Translations under genes and position numbers: made by a program
Notes under the pieces: model-generated
The model's database searches: none
The model's input: the letters and a program-made list of their open reading frames with translations, nothing else
What the model was told of the DNA's origin: nothing
Assembly (NCBI GenBank): GCA_003344405.1
Contig: NOWV01000130.1
Location: forward strand, 124,001-188,000
Direction: 5' to 3'
DNA: 64,000 bases
From: Trichoplax sp. H2
Taxonomy: Eukaryota
Shown: positions 26,402 to 45,475 of the stretch, one piece after another
Position numbering within the stretch: position 1 is the stretch's first letter
Layout of the letters: each line of letters starts with the position of its first letter

Positions 26402-29400
26402 TTAAGAATTAATTAATCGAGTACGTTCATCTGCAACGGATTCATAATCAGGTGGTGACAGTAACTTTTCAGTATCTCTTAGGGGTGTGGCTTCTGGAAG
26501 ATCAAAAATTCTCAAAAGCAGTCCCCTCTTTCTGAAGAATGGCCCAACCAGCAAATCATTATATACACATGTTCCGATAATCAGCATTACAAAACCGATT
26601 ATCTGCAAGTACTGAAACTTCTCCCACATTGCAATCAATCCTACAGCCCAAATGATCATTGTTCGTAGACTATCTAGTACCATACGCGTTGTTGCATTCA
26701 TTTCCTTGGTAACACTAATACCAGAGAAATTAAAGAAAGCAATACTGATAATGTTGCCAATCATTGCGATTACAATGATTTTAGAATTGCCCATTTGGCA
26801 GAAAGCATCGAGTGCATCTTCCAAACGAAATTGGGGAGAATGACTAAACATTTCGTTAGCGTGAATGAAATAGAATGGAATTAATAAGATGCCTAAAATA
26901 AAAAATCCAAAAAATCCTTCCCATCCGACAGCTTGCAAAGGCGGAACATTATAACGCAATACAAATCGTTCTTCGTAGCACATTTGAATGGCAACAATAA
27001 TTTGGGCCATAATGATGATCATATCACCTAATAGATAAAATATTCGAATATTAATTATTATAGGGACCGTTACATAATAGATGTCATCCCTGCAGGTTCT
27101 CAACTACTAAAATTCATTTCAAAAATTTCACATTTTGTAACCGAAGTCAAAGATTATTAGAAAAGGAACTTTTTCTAGCAGTCTTTGCTTAAACGAATAC
27201 TAGCACATTCAATTAGATAATTTAAGTGCTCGTAAATAAAGCACACAAATAGTAAAAATATCATCAAAAACAAATAATAATTAGCACATTATTACATACA
27301 ATACACATATTTGCTGTATTACAGTCGACTTATTTTGATTCAATACCTGACTTTCAAACGATTAGCACTTTGAAAGGTTTAGACAATAATTATTTTCTCT
27401 AATTCCATCAAACTAGTTGTATTGATATACTGAATCTATTCGTGATCTCATCCAAATATGCTACTATTTTTCAACTGCTCGACGGTTTTTACATACCATT
27501 CTAGTGTTAATAAATACCTTATTAAATATCATAAGTTATAAGATCATTTACAAACAAATGCTATCAACCTAGACATAATACATACCGGAAAGTGGATAAG
27601 GCGCACTATGTTTAGTAGTGTCTTTATTGAATAAAATATCTGATAGACCAACAACTGCTAAGCCAATGATAATAGTAAACATTCCCAACCACTGGAATGG
27701 GCGAAGAACACGGTGCAAGAAACCAACCGATAATAATCCAGTAAATATAATAACACTACCACGTAGCATCTAAAGTACGAGAAAAAATATTTACTATGTA
27801 AGTATATCATGCAACGTTGCGAGTATACAAATCGAATATTGGTATACTTATATTTCACGGGCACATTAAAAGCCAGATAATTATAATATATTCTGTAAAA
27901 CGTGTGCAGACAACACATGCATTCGAATAGTGAAAAGTGTTTATCAACCAGCTTGTCCAATTTACATATGAATAACTTGTTCATTTATAAACAATTTGTG
28001 TCATAAAAATATATTATATATTTTCATTTTTAATTTATACACGATTAAACGATGATGAAGAAAGCTAGTCACAATCATTAGCGGCCGATATATCGATTCT
28101 ATAGCTGATTAAAAACTTGATATCTAAGAATTAAATACAAGGTACGTGCATTCTTACAATTAGTATTTATAAATTGTTTAAATATATAATTATATTAGCG
28201 ATACGCCTGTACAAATTGTACGTAGCAATGAACAATTCCTTAAGATATAACCGATTTATAGCGATCAATTATATTTAACACTATGCATGCTAATACTGTG
28301 ACTGAAGACTAATATAGGCGTACAGTATTTTAGGATCTAATGTAATTTAGGATATTCAACAAACATGTATTAAGTATTAAGCTACTAAACTGATCTTATA
28401 GTATATCAAACTAGTCGATAATAGTATCGTAAGATACGATGATTAACCTGGTTATTAATTCATGATATTCAGTTCATATATTCCAACTAATCGTCACAAT
28501 TAAAACAAGTGGTTACATCTCTTAAGTTATAGCGAATTTTCATGATAAAATTTGTACCTACTTAATATTTATTAAATAACTCCAAACAGTTTATTAAGAG
28601 TATTTAAAATCCTTGCTTGTCACCATAACTATGCGCAAAAACGCGTAAAAATGTCTGCTGCACTAGACGTACACATACTCGTTTTATACTGTGTGTAATT
28701 ATTATTACTATTCGTTCTACTCAAGTAGCTAAAACCAATTTATAGAATTTCGACAAAAGCAGTTTTAACTTTTTAAAATCATAGCCATAAGCATAACTTA
28801 GGGCTGTTACGTTCCATATCGTATGTATGAATTCGTGTTTGCAACAAAACTTTAACTCATTTCTTTAGTACAGTGATATCGACTCAATTCGTTTACTGTG
28901 ATATGAAGTATTCATACAATGTAGTAAATATACTAACAAGTATTAAATTATACATCCAAATCGGAACACATAAATTATAGGATAAAAGTTAGCTAGCTCT
29001 AGTTCTATAAAGCGTTATTAGTTACCGAACATTACCTGAAAGCTCGATGCATATGTCATATTCAACCCGATGTACATCAATGATGTTGCGGTCATATCGC
29101 AACAAGCAGCAGGCAAGAAAACAATTGGATTGAATGTTTGGCTTCCGATATCAATAGCTTTATTGCGACGCTTGGCGACAAATACTGTCAATTTAAAAAC
29201 CAACAGGCAAGAAAGTTCTCCAATAAACATACAACAAGCCTATGGAATTACCAATTGCTTACATAAGAATTTTAATTTAATAAAATTTTAAAATAGTCTG
29301 TAGTCATTTTATTTTGGTAATCACAGATAGAACAAAATGTTGCTTCAACGCTATATTTGCACAGTTAATACTGAGTTCTTTTCAAGGCAATTGCAGAACA

Positions 29401-31223
29401 AGCCAACTTCTGCAAGGATAACCGGAATAAGTAGAGTCTGATTATATTAGCCATCAATGTATTAAAAGTGCATCTGTGAAATGCAGACATTATAAAAATT
29501 TGCATTTGTCAACGTTGCACAATTGCAACATGATATCAACGAAGTAAATACGCGTATCTATCCGAGTACAACATATTGCAAGTGAAAATATCAGTAAAAA
29601 CCATTAAAATCAGTTATTTAATATTATCGAGATAAACTAATGATACCTTGAGATTCTACTGAGCAATACGTATAGCCGCCATTGACTGTATGTAGCATGC
29701 ACTCGTACACTCAGGCGTACAGTATAGATTTCTTACGAGTCCAGTTCAATATACAGTACAGTAAAAAAATTGGGGAATATCAGTTGCAAACCAGGGTGCG
29801 ACTGTATTGCTATAACTAGCTGCATGTCCAGGCAGGCAGGCAGGAGGCAACTGCATTTTACGATATCTACCGTACGGATTCATACTGTACAATCTCGTAC
29901 TACTTGTTCGCACAGATAGTATTCAATATGCCGATGTATTAATTAATATTGCAGTAGTTCGTACATACTGTATTATGTGAAATTAATATATCGATACGTA
30001 CTTTGGATAAACCATATGCTCATATATTATAATCAGTCGCTACAGACAGTTACTTTTATTATTATTATTATCATTTCTATATCGTAGAAAATGGTTTTGG
30101 AGAAAGTTAGTGATGTACGTATACTAGATTTCATATAAAAGGTACTACCTCAAAATCTTTCAAGTACAACTCTACCATAGGTTAGCATGCATCTACGCTA
30201 AACAAATTCGTGCTAATTTTAGCCTTTCAATTTGTAATGATCCACAGTGACAGTATCGTATCAGTAATGTACTCGTCTACGCGTATAAATAAGGCCACAA
30301 AGTTGTTCTATCTCAATACTGTCCATCGATTTACAGCATTACTGTACTGCACTATAGAGTCTGTATGCACATATGATGTCTATTATAACGGTAAGGCTAA
30401 ATTATTCGTATTTGATGGAATTATTGATCAAATGGGATAAGAATAATTAATACATCGATAATTAAGATAAGCATTAATACACCATTCTAGTTCAAATTAA
30501 ACACTTTTCATTTATGACCACTATACCTGAAAAAAGGGATGATCAAATGGATGAGATGGGTAATTATTACATCCCTTTGCACTTTGCCGATCAGCCCATC
30601 TAGTCATTTAAGCAGACAAATTGAGTTTCTGGTCAGATTACTTGGTTAAGATGAACAAATAAATACTGCGGTCATAACATAAGATAAACATCGTTCAAAA
30701 ATGTTTACGAAGGACAAAATGACTAATGCAGCATGCCCTCAGCATTTAGGATATTATTAGGTCATCTGCAAGGAACTATTTGACCGCGTTGATATACTGT
30801 ACAAGTACTTTGATTAATTGTAATGGTATTCAATTCAATAATAATAATAATAATATCAATAACTAATAGCTACCGTAGACGTTGACTCTACTGTCATAAC
30901 TATTATTGAAATTGACTATCAATTCACTTCCGCTAATGAATATCTTTAGCGAATAAGATCGAATAGAAGTATCTATGCACTAAACATCGCAGCACTCAAT
31001 AAGCCAATAGTAACAGAAACTATCCTTCCTTTCCTTTTCATTCTCCTATTTTATGCTGCAATAGACTTAGTGGATTGACATTAATTTACTGAATGTTGCT
31101 ATTCCCAAATTCCGATAACACACAGAAGCACTGGCGACATATGACTTACTTTGTTGATAAAGTGTTAATGGACCCAGTCACTAACATTAATCCAGCCAGA
31201 AACCACTGATATTTGGTAAACAT
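26402..31223 (-). CDS. SLC35F6: Solute carrier family 35 member F6 (nucleotide-sugar/DMT transporter superfamily)
   Basis: ATG at 31223 gives MFTKYQWFLAGLMLVTGSINTLSTKWAD (cf. human MAWTKYQLFLAGLMLVTGSINTLSAKWAD). Exons ~31150-31223, 30527-30599 (FDHPFFQ), 29036-29239 (YIGLNMTYASSFQ), 27585-27769 (MLRGSVIIFTG) and 26402-27027 (SIAFFNFSGISVTKEMNATTRMVLDSLRT). Confidence 0.95.
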
Positions 31224-31339
31224 ATTTCTTTCCTACCACTGTTTGCTATCACTGTAATCCAATTTGGGTGTCGAGTCGACTCTTCAATGGTGGAAAGGAG
31301 GCAGAAAAATGAGTGAAATGATCAATTTATTATCCGCCT

Positions 31340-31347
31340 TGACGTCA
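31340..31347. promoter_or_regulatory. Perfect CRE palindrome TGACGTCA upstream of SLC35F6
   Basis: 8-bp consensus match about 120 bp 5' of the ATG. Function is not shown. Confidence 0.3.
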
Positions 31348-32750
31348 GTACTGTACCGTGTACAGTCGAACGATACTACAGTAGTTCTCCTTTTCGTAAT
31401 GTAGTCCCTGGTAGTGCGTACTGTATGCAGAGGCCTACTACTGTACACTGTACAGTACGTCCAATCGTACAGTATAACAGTTGTGCGATAGATTGAGTCA
31501 AAAGAGTACGATACAGTTGAGAACCGTCCACCGACCTACCTGGTTCGGAACATGCGTGCAGGTCCCGTGACTTTCATTTTTTTTACAGTACCTCGGACCA
31601 CAATCCAATCCTGTATACTGTAGCTCACCGTACTGTACTGTACTGTACTGTACTGTACAGTACTGTACACAAGCCTTCAAGGTAAAGTACTGTACTGACA
31701 CGTGTACAGTACATTAGCGAGGGTCGTAATCCATTTTTTTTCTTTTATTTACCTCTATGGTCATCAATCGTCATGTACCAGGGACTTCTGACTGGACCGT
31801 AGTTGTTATACTGTACAGTATTTCGCCTTCTCTTCGCATAACGCCTTATCTACAGGAGGATGCAGAAAATCCGAAAATTACAGCATTTCAAGGACAAGGG
31901 GACGATCATGATATACAGTACTGTAGTACAGTACTGTACAGTGTACAGTACATGTCACACTCATACTGTACAGTGTACAGTACACATCTTCTTGGTCGTT
32001 GACGCATCGTTGACTGCGTTCGTTGACCAAAGAGCAATGATTCCGTTTAGTGCACATGTGCAGTTAAAGCAACTCTACCAACAAGGGCCAGTCATCAACA
32101 TGACTTGCAAAAATTTTCTACCACTCCTCATCCACAGTAGTAACGGTACTGATTTCCATCGAGATATTTTTGACAGTACAGTACTGTATACTGAAGTCAG
32201 TGTACTGTACACTGTAAAGTATACACGTATCGTACTGTACACTGAGTGTACAGTACTGTACTGTACCATCACAAACACGTGAGATGGCCAACGGTACTGT
32301 ACACTGTACAGTAGTGCTGTAGACGTCGAGCGATTGGACGTCCAACTGTATGTATAGAATTTAAGGCAAATTTTGCAACTTTACTACAATTTATTTTGCC
32401 TAATAGCACTCTAAAGAGAACTGGCTCGCACCGTACAGTATAGTCTTACAGTATACCGTACTGTACAGTGTACTGTACACTGTGTACTGTACGTTGGTAC
32501 TGTACAGTACGTTCAATGAACGTCCGACGTTCAAATTGGACGTTCGTACGTTCGTTCATTAAAACTGGCTAACGTCCACAGTACTACTGTACAATACCTT
32601 GAGGTCTGTACTGCTCGGAGTACTGTACTGTAAGGTTTCCGCTAAGTACTGTACTGCACAGTACAGTACTGTACTGTACACTGTAAATGAAGCGGATTAA
32701 AGAAAGAGTTTATTATACTGTACTGTACTGTAGTACAGTACTGTACAATA
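31345..32750. repeat. Large mixed CAGTA/CTGTA (plus CAGTGTA/CACTGTA) array upstream of SLC35F6
   Basis: For example tactgtactgtactgtactgtactgtacagtactgtacac (31631) and atacagtactgtagtacagtactgtacagtgtacagtac (31913). Confidence 0.9.
32309..32589. mobile_element. Candidate Tc1/mariner-type MITE (281 bp, TA target duplication)
   Basis: ta|CAGTAGTGCTGTAGACGT ... ACGTCCACAGTACTACTG|ta gives 16/18-identical terminal inverted repeats starting with CAGT. The 37 bp at 32310-32346 are identical to 63286-63322, and an internal gacgttc..ttggacgttcg..tacgttcgtt motif is shared. Confidence 0.6.
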
Positions 32751-35700
32751 CTTCAAGATTCTTGTTGAATATTAATTTAATTGATTCAGAAAAAGACGGA
32801 ATTGAGGTTATATCCTTCGTTATATTCTCACAGGACGCTACTGCTATCGTCTCTACATTACCCGCGAATAGCTCTAGACTATTCTAGTGCCTAAATGTAC
32901 TCTCTTTGACATGACCAATCTTGTAAGAACTTGTACCGCCATCTTACTTTTCATCAACGGGGGCCTTACTAACAAACTAATTTACTACATATTCTCTCAA
33001 ATCAAAGTTGAAATTCTCACATCCATACATACGCGTATAGACCATTGACCACCTTAGATAAACGTGACAACTACAGTACTTTAGCCCCTGTCACGGAGTC
33101 TATATATAAGCACTATATGAAGCAGGCAACTGCAGAGAATCGACAAAAGGAACTTTACAATTACCAATGTTGAAGAAAATTACTTTGCGCGATATCGGAT
33201 AAGTTAGGGTATTATCTGAGTTTAGTATGATAGGTAGGTATTACTGTACAGTATATTGGATTGGAATTTGCACGTCGCTATAGTGAGCGCAGCAACCCAA
33301 ACCGCAAGATATGATTACTGATAAATGTACAGCAGCTTACCAATTTTCAATTTGCTATTTTTCATAATATGACGCATTAATAAATAAATGATTTATTAGA
33401 ACGGTGCATCCATTCCTTATCTGTATTTACGAGTATCTCAAGAGAAGTGATTCAAGTTAATTACGATTAAAATTGACTACATACTCTGTATCCTGCGGCA
33501 TATCATTTTTTTACAACAGGGTATTCTATTCTCAACTCAAATGACTGACTCAGCTTCATTTATTTATATGTCCCAATTTGAACTATTATGCTTGATAATT
33601 AATTGCAACATAGCATCACAATATATGATATAAATGTGCTATACAGTACACACCGTATGCGAATATTTTATTGTTATATAACAATCTGGACAAATAGTGC
33701 AGACTGAGATACTGATTTTTAAGTTATAATACGAGAAGCGCATAACGTACTACTTTTTTAATATGGTAACCCTTCGATGAATTCTTATACAATATCATTA
33801 TTTGATCTACTTTTAAAATCCGATAGTATACAATTTATAATGTGATATTTTATCATGTTAAGGTGATTGATTGATATTATATTAGTCATTGCAACTATTT
33901 CGGTATACAGTTATGTGATTGCCAATATCTTAAAAATAAATAACTAATAACTAAATGTCATTGATCAATCTCTTTTAATTTTCGATATTACTCTATAATA
34001 GAAAATATTAATTATTACAGCTACAATATTAAAGCGTTTCACTACAACTAGAGCCTCTATCCTAATGAAAGACTCGCACATTATACAAATAGGATCAATT
34101 AATGACATAAGAATGATTAAATTAAACACAAATAAGTTACTGTCTCGATTATCTAAATATTCAGGATAGCACTAGGATAGGTTAACAAATGAAATATAAA
34201 TGCAGTGCGATGCCCTAAAAACACTCCCCACGCTTTTACCGATAAGATAGGAATAAGAAATTTCTACAACGCTAGAATCTACGGAATAATAATCACTAGC
34301 TATCTTAGTTGTAGCTAGATGTAATAAGAAATTGAATATTTCGATGATATTGATGCGGACATATTTATTACGATTGCAAAAATCTGCTATTATATAACTG
34401 AATATCTCTTGCTTACTGTTTGAATGATGTACTTTGCATGTAAATCTTACATCGATTGGATTAAATCAGCAAACAACTATAATTACAGCTGAACTGATAC
34501 AATATAAAATTCATTATGCATTTCCTACTTACTCATTCCGAATAGATAATTTTATAATAATACAGTGAACAATTTAGTTTTTACAAGGGACTTATATAAT
34601 CCGTTATTAGAATTAGAAACAATAAAAACACATTCTAAAATTCAGCATTGCATCAATAATATTTATACGGGAAAGTTCATTCGGAATCATAGAATGCGAT
34701 ATTAAATATTAATTTATACTTTTTTATACCTATGAAGTCGCCAAAAGATGTAAATATTATATTAGCACGCCGTATTGTTTGCACCAATTTAGAAATAAAT
34801 ACGCTGTTTTCGCTTCAAAATATCTGAACTTATTTATTATTAATACCTATCTTGAAATAAAAATTGAGTGACTAAGACGTCATAAATAATGACTCTATGT
34901 GAATGATAGATCTACGTTAAAAGTCATCATTATCAATACTAACGCGCTATATGGAATTAACAATTTTGATTAATATCCTATGTATTAAATTACTTACACT
35001 TTTATTATTATTAAGAGTATTATCTGCAGTATTGTGATATATACCAATCACGAGATTCCAAATTTTAGAAAAATAAGGGCTTTATTGAATCTTATACAAA
35101 GATTAACTATACACAGCTCTACTCTAGCCGAATACTACTACTAAAGACTTCTATAACGAACTAACTGAATAATCTAAAGTTGCATGCTTTTATACTTTTC
35201 GTATTATTCGCAGCTACAATCCGCATGGCAACCTTTTACCTTATACTAGTGCAAACTCCCGTCGCTTTGCTGACGGTTTACGATAATGTGCTCATTTAAC
35301 AGATAGTATTATCATTTGTCGTAGATCTGTCATAGACATTATTCACACCAGCCAAAGTACAATAAATTAACCATATCCTAATATATGATTTACAGTTCTA
35401 TTTTTACCTATAGCCTATTAGTAACTCAACACCTTACTGTATATAGTCATCTGTACTCTAGCATAGAGTCTATACAACTACAGTCTATAGTTATAGCTAC
35501 CAAATATCTCTTAGGATAAATATCTACCGTACATTATACTAAACATGGCTAATAGTCTACAATCACAATACTAGTTACATTACAAGTATTAAATAAAGAA
35601 AGTTGTAATTTAGACTCTGTGTAGCTTATATAGAATTTCTCTCTACTACTATAACAAGACAGCTTCAGAAATAAACCATAAAATATTTGTATTTACTAGA

Positions 35701-38700
35701 AAGAGACTTTGTGAAATGATTATTAGTCACTTCCTATCTGTATTTTAGACTTTACTGTAAAGGTAGCTTTTTTCTAATTTAATATATAATTTACAAAGTA
35801 AAACATATCGAATTCGATATGATATTATCAGATACACTTTGCTCATATATTGGGATAGTATTATGCAGCCATAAACTATATTGTAAACGTCACCATTCCC
35901 CATATAACAAGCAAAAAGTGTATGAATGGATATTCACACATGATAAAAATAAATAACTTAATACCATACTTATCTAATCTAAACCCGTCATTTTTAAAAA
36001 TCAAACTGTCTAGCTCTATTTCTATGCCGAGCCATGGTATGCTTTTACACGTAAACACGTTAGCAAGTATAATATATCGGGCAAAGTATCTAAAAAGGGA
36101 TCTGATTTTAATTTCGAAGTAAATTTGATATGCATGCCTTCAACTTAAGAGCTGTTCCATCTATCATTCAGAAGAGCATTCTAAGTTATTCTCTTCTTAG
36201 AATTAATAAAATTTCTCTCACTAATTAATATATCCTCAACATCCGATGAAACATTTCGAGCTACTAAATAATCCAAGACTGCAGAAATCAAGATGCCCAT
36301 TAAAACCATTGCTATTTTTATTTTATAAGTCTATATTGCTTGTATCATGCCATTAATGTCATTAATATCTTGATTTATGAGTATCTATGGTATATTGCTA
36401 GATAATGCGAATTTCTAGATGAACCTAGTAATTTGTGACAGTTACAATTCAAATTGTTAGAAATTTATGCAATTGATTATTGATAAACATCCAACCTTGT
36501 CATTTTCTTTTTATATTCAACTTTCCATGTAGCCGTAATATTCTACTATGAAACCAATAAATGAATGGTGGCTATAGGTTATTATAAAACGATACTATAA
36601 AAAAATAAATTTAGCCTAGATCACAAAAAACACAATTAATTTAAAATTATTTATAGCAGCTACAGTATATTGCTACTATTGCAATTATGAAGAGCTGCAG
36701 ATAACCGGAATGATAGTTGTTGCATAATGGCAGCATCTATCAAATCATTTTAACTTAGTAGACTAGATTGTAAGGTGTACGCAATAAATTATATTGTATA
36801 ATCTTACCCTCCTTGCTGTATCTACGCGTACACCATTTATTATTTAATTTTACATTACTCACATGAAAGAAGTCATTGATTATATACAAATAGCATGAAC
36901 ATCATTTATGTTGCCTAAGCATATGTTAAGGATACCAGTATTTCCCATAATCGCTAAATTTAATTCGTAAGCAGATCATTGAAAGAGTTATAAGCTTTAA
37001 CTGCTTCATTAGATTATAATCAAAAGTCTGTTCTAGTAAGGCAATTTTCAATTCTACAAAATGTTATCAACTACTAACATAGGATAAATTTCCTTTATTC
37101 TAATGAACCATTCATGGTAAGTCCAAGTAAAATAACAATAATATGAATCAGATTAAAAATGTCATCATAGCAATATCTAGTCGCCTTATGTAATCTATCG
37201 ATCTTAAATATAGATAGTGCAGTAAATTATCATAAAAGTATGATAAGGATTTCAGTTTCTCAAGCTGGTTCTTCTATCAGGATATTTGTATAATCTTAGA
37301 ATTAATTATGCATGTATACATATAGTATTATTGATAATACAGTCTCTATGAAATATTTTATGAACAACAATAATTCATGCGAAACTATAATCGTTTATTA
37401 ATATGAGCCTAGCTGCAAGGAAATTGTAAGACCTTCTGCCAACTAATGATACACGCATAATGTATAAATGTCTAAGGCCTTATTCTAAGATATGAAATGA
37501 TAGAAGTCACATCGAGGGTAATTGTTTTTTTTGGAGTGACTCAAATAAAGCTTCTCTTTGATTTGGACGGACGGACAGTATAATGGAAAAAAATATACAA
37601 ATTTTTTACCATATTTGATAAGATAAACTGTCAGATTTGGCTGAAATTTTATGTACACTTATATAAGTTCTACCTTACAGTATACTGCAGTATCAAGGAA
37701 AATTGAGTCGGAAAGTTAGTTTTAAAAGCTTCACATAAAATAACTATCCTAGTAATATCCCATATACTGACTACCTTTTCTATGCTATAAAGACATAATC
37801 AAACCAATTAAGTTTATTACTTATCTCAAGTTGTACGAGTATACCTCAACTGCTAGCTTTTGATAATAAACACTAAACTCTGATCGATTTCAAGCACAGT
37901 AACGTATCGAGCCATGCATATACATCTCACATTACCACTGAACAGTGTGTGATCCATTAACGAGTAACAATCAATTTCGCTTCAGCGATAACCTGTTCGA
38001 CCAATCTAGCCCTCCTCTAATGCGTGTACAACTGGCCAATTTGTGATAGTAAGCAGAGAATTAGCATTCACTGGCTAGTGTGATTGTAGTACTAGCAGTT
38101 TAGACTTAAAAATCGAATGATCCAGGTGAGAAATGAAATTGTAAAATCTACAAGAGTACTAGCTAGGACAAACTGCAAGTCTATGTTCATAAATGTTATC
38201 AAGTATAGAATATACTCGTAGTATCCCAAAAACTATTCTGAATCATTTATCAGCTAGCTTCATTGAGCTTAATCATCGATAAAATAATCAACACGGAGAA
38301 GTCAGGAGACAAAGTTGATCTTTTTACTTACACGAACTGGGACAGGCATCAACACAGATTAACTTTACAATTTAATAACTTACCACAGTTAAAACGTTAA
38401 AATCAATTATTGCAAGTCAATGATATTATAATTCGCAGCGGTCAACTAAAAAAAAATGCAGTACTGCACTTGCTATTATAGTAATACATCAGTAAAGTAG
38501 ATTCAGTTAAATTTTTTGATCACAGTGATATCATAAATATACCGTATCTACAGATATAGATATAAGTACGGTATCAACATATCCTGCATATATAAATCTC
38601 ATTATGTATATATAGGCGTTTCCTGGTCAATAGCCGCTCACGCTGAAGAGTTAAATTATCATCTGCGAATTGGGACAAGTGAAACATTCTAATGTGATAA

Positions 38701-39264
38701 AGTTATAGATTCATACTACAGAGTGACAAGCAAAGAAAGCATTAAGACACTAGAATGTGACTTAATCAATATTAACTATCAATCCTACTAAATATACGAC
38801 AATAATATTAACGTGAATAGCCATTATAATTAATAATGTATTATACGTGTATTTTAACCTGGTTGTCGTTTTAACTCAATCGAAAATCAAAGTTGGAAAT
38901 ATCGACCGACAGAGTAGTCTCTAGATAAAAGCTTATAATATTAGGAGCAGCCAAAATCAGAGAATCAGTGTAATCGTTGTAACATCAGAAAAAGGCTGTC
39001 GGTGTAAATTACTATATAACACAATAATATCAACTTACACTGTTCCCATTATCGTTATAAGTCATATAATCGAGCTAACATAGCTAAGAGATTTCACAAA
39101 CTGCATAAAAAGTAAAACACTAGATATTTCATGAGATGTTTTACGCGAGTTTTCTGTATTCTGATGTGTTCTGTTACTCTACCGTTGGGTGTGAACTATC
39201 ATTTTAGAGTAGTGATACATTTATTTATTTTATTAATTTTCTTCTTTTCATGTAATAACGTTAT

Positions 39265-43891
<4,627 letters not shown>

Positions 43892-44619
43892 GGTGGTCAA
43901 CAATTTCGTCCAAGATATCGCTGTAAATAACGCCAGTTAAGAATAAATTAAAAAAAAAGTGCCAAGATATTATCGAAATTCTGTTTGTTTCATAAAGTCT
44001 GTGAATGCTTGGTATCACATGAGAAAACATTGCCTACCACTAAAAGGCCCCAAAAAAGATAACGTACAGTATAGGACTCACGATTCTAGTATGATACGTG
44101 TGTATTGAATATGATATTGGTATGTTGAAAAAGTTGAAAAGTGTTCTGAAATACATCAGTAATTTACGATTAAATACAATTTATAATTCTGTTCAACACT
44201 GCATCGACGATAGACATTATTACAATTGATGATCTACGCTTGCAGAAGTCATTTAAAACATATGCACCAATGTAGTCAAGTTTTTGTAGGATCACTTTCA
44301 AACTACTGGATACGATAGCTTCAATATCAGTAACATTACCCAAGAAATGGAAGTAGAGGAAAAAAACAGGGCGCGGTGACAAGGTAAATCGCGATTGAAA
44401 TAAAAGTTAAAATTGAATTTCAACTAAGAAATACTGATGTTGTCGTCTATTACAAGTCTTTTAAATTAACTTCAACTATCCTTTGCTTACATATCAATTC
44501 TACGTAAACCTAGCAAGTCGAGAAGTGTCTTGTAACCACGATAGCGATTCAATTCCTGAAAAAGTGAAAAAGCCGCGACAGGCAAAATTGAAGGTGACAA
44601 AAAAGTAAGGCTACAAATA

Positions 44620-45475
44620 CTGCACAGTACATTAATCCAGTCACAGTGGCATCCTTACACAGTCCGTACAGTACAGTACTGTGCAGCACATACTGTACAC
44701 TGTGGACTGTACACTGTACAGGAGGTCTTTTATTGGTGTACTGTATGGTACAGTAGTGTAGCTTTTGTACAATGTACTTGTACAGTAAGTGTCCTTATCA
44801 ATCATCCAGTATGATTGCGTCAGTGTGCTTACGTGCATTATTAATTAATTAATTAATTATTATACAGTACAGTACAGTACGGTTGATACGTACTGTACTG
44901 TACTGTACGCGCCATCTACTGTACTGTACTGTTGCGGCCTAAACTGGCGACAGGCCCTATAAAACTCTACCGTACAGTATGTACTGTACTGTATGTACTG
45001 TACAGTACTGTACTCTACAGTGTACAGTACTGTGCTGTCATTTTATTCGATTTCTTTTTGTTGCACTGAGTGTACAATGCGACATGCGCAGTACAGTACA
45101 GATGGAGTCTACTGCTTTAGTACTGTACTTGTGATGGACTGTATCATCTTTTACCAGTCTTCAACAGTTCTTAACCTTATTAAATGAAGTTATACAGTAC
45201 AGTACAGTACTGTACAGTATAATAACATTTAGTTGGAGTGGCTTATTAGACAGCACTACTGTACAGTACAGTGTACAGTACAACGTACTGTAACTGGACG
45301 AGTTCGATGGACCAGACTGTACTGTACTGTACCATTCTGTGCAACTGTAAAATCAAAAATTCAACACTTCAGTATAGTGTACTATACTGTACAGTACAGT
45401 ATGAAAATCGAAATTTCGATTCAAGTGCTAATTTTTATTTGATTGATTGATTCTATTCTTGTACTGTACTGTACA
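44620..45475. repeat. Mixed CAGTA/CTGTA array in the GNB-MLF divergent intergenic region (second copy ~47030-47890)
   Basis: For example tatacagtacagtacagtacggttgatacgtactgtactgtactgtacg (44861). Confidence 0.9.

Noticed and set aside
33000-39200. 6-kb gene-free AT-rich interval that might hide a gene or element
   Set aside because: No exon chain or terminal repeats were found. It is probably GNB 3' UTR plus intergenic DNA.
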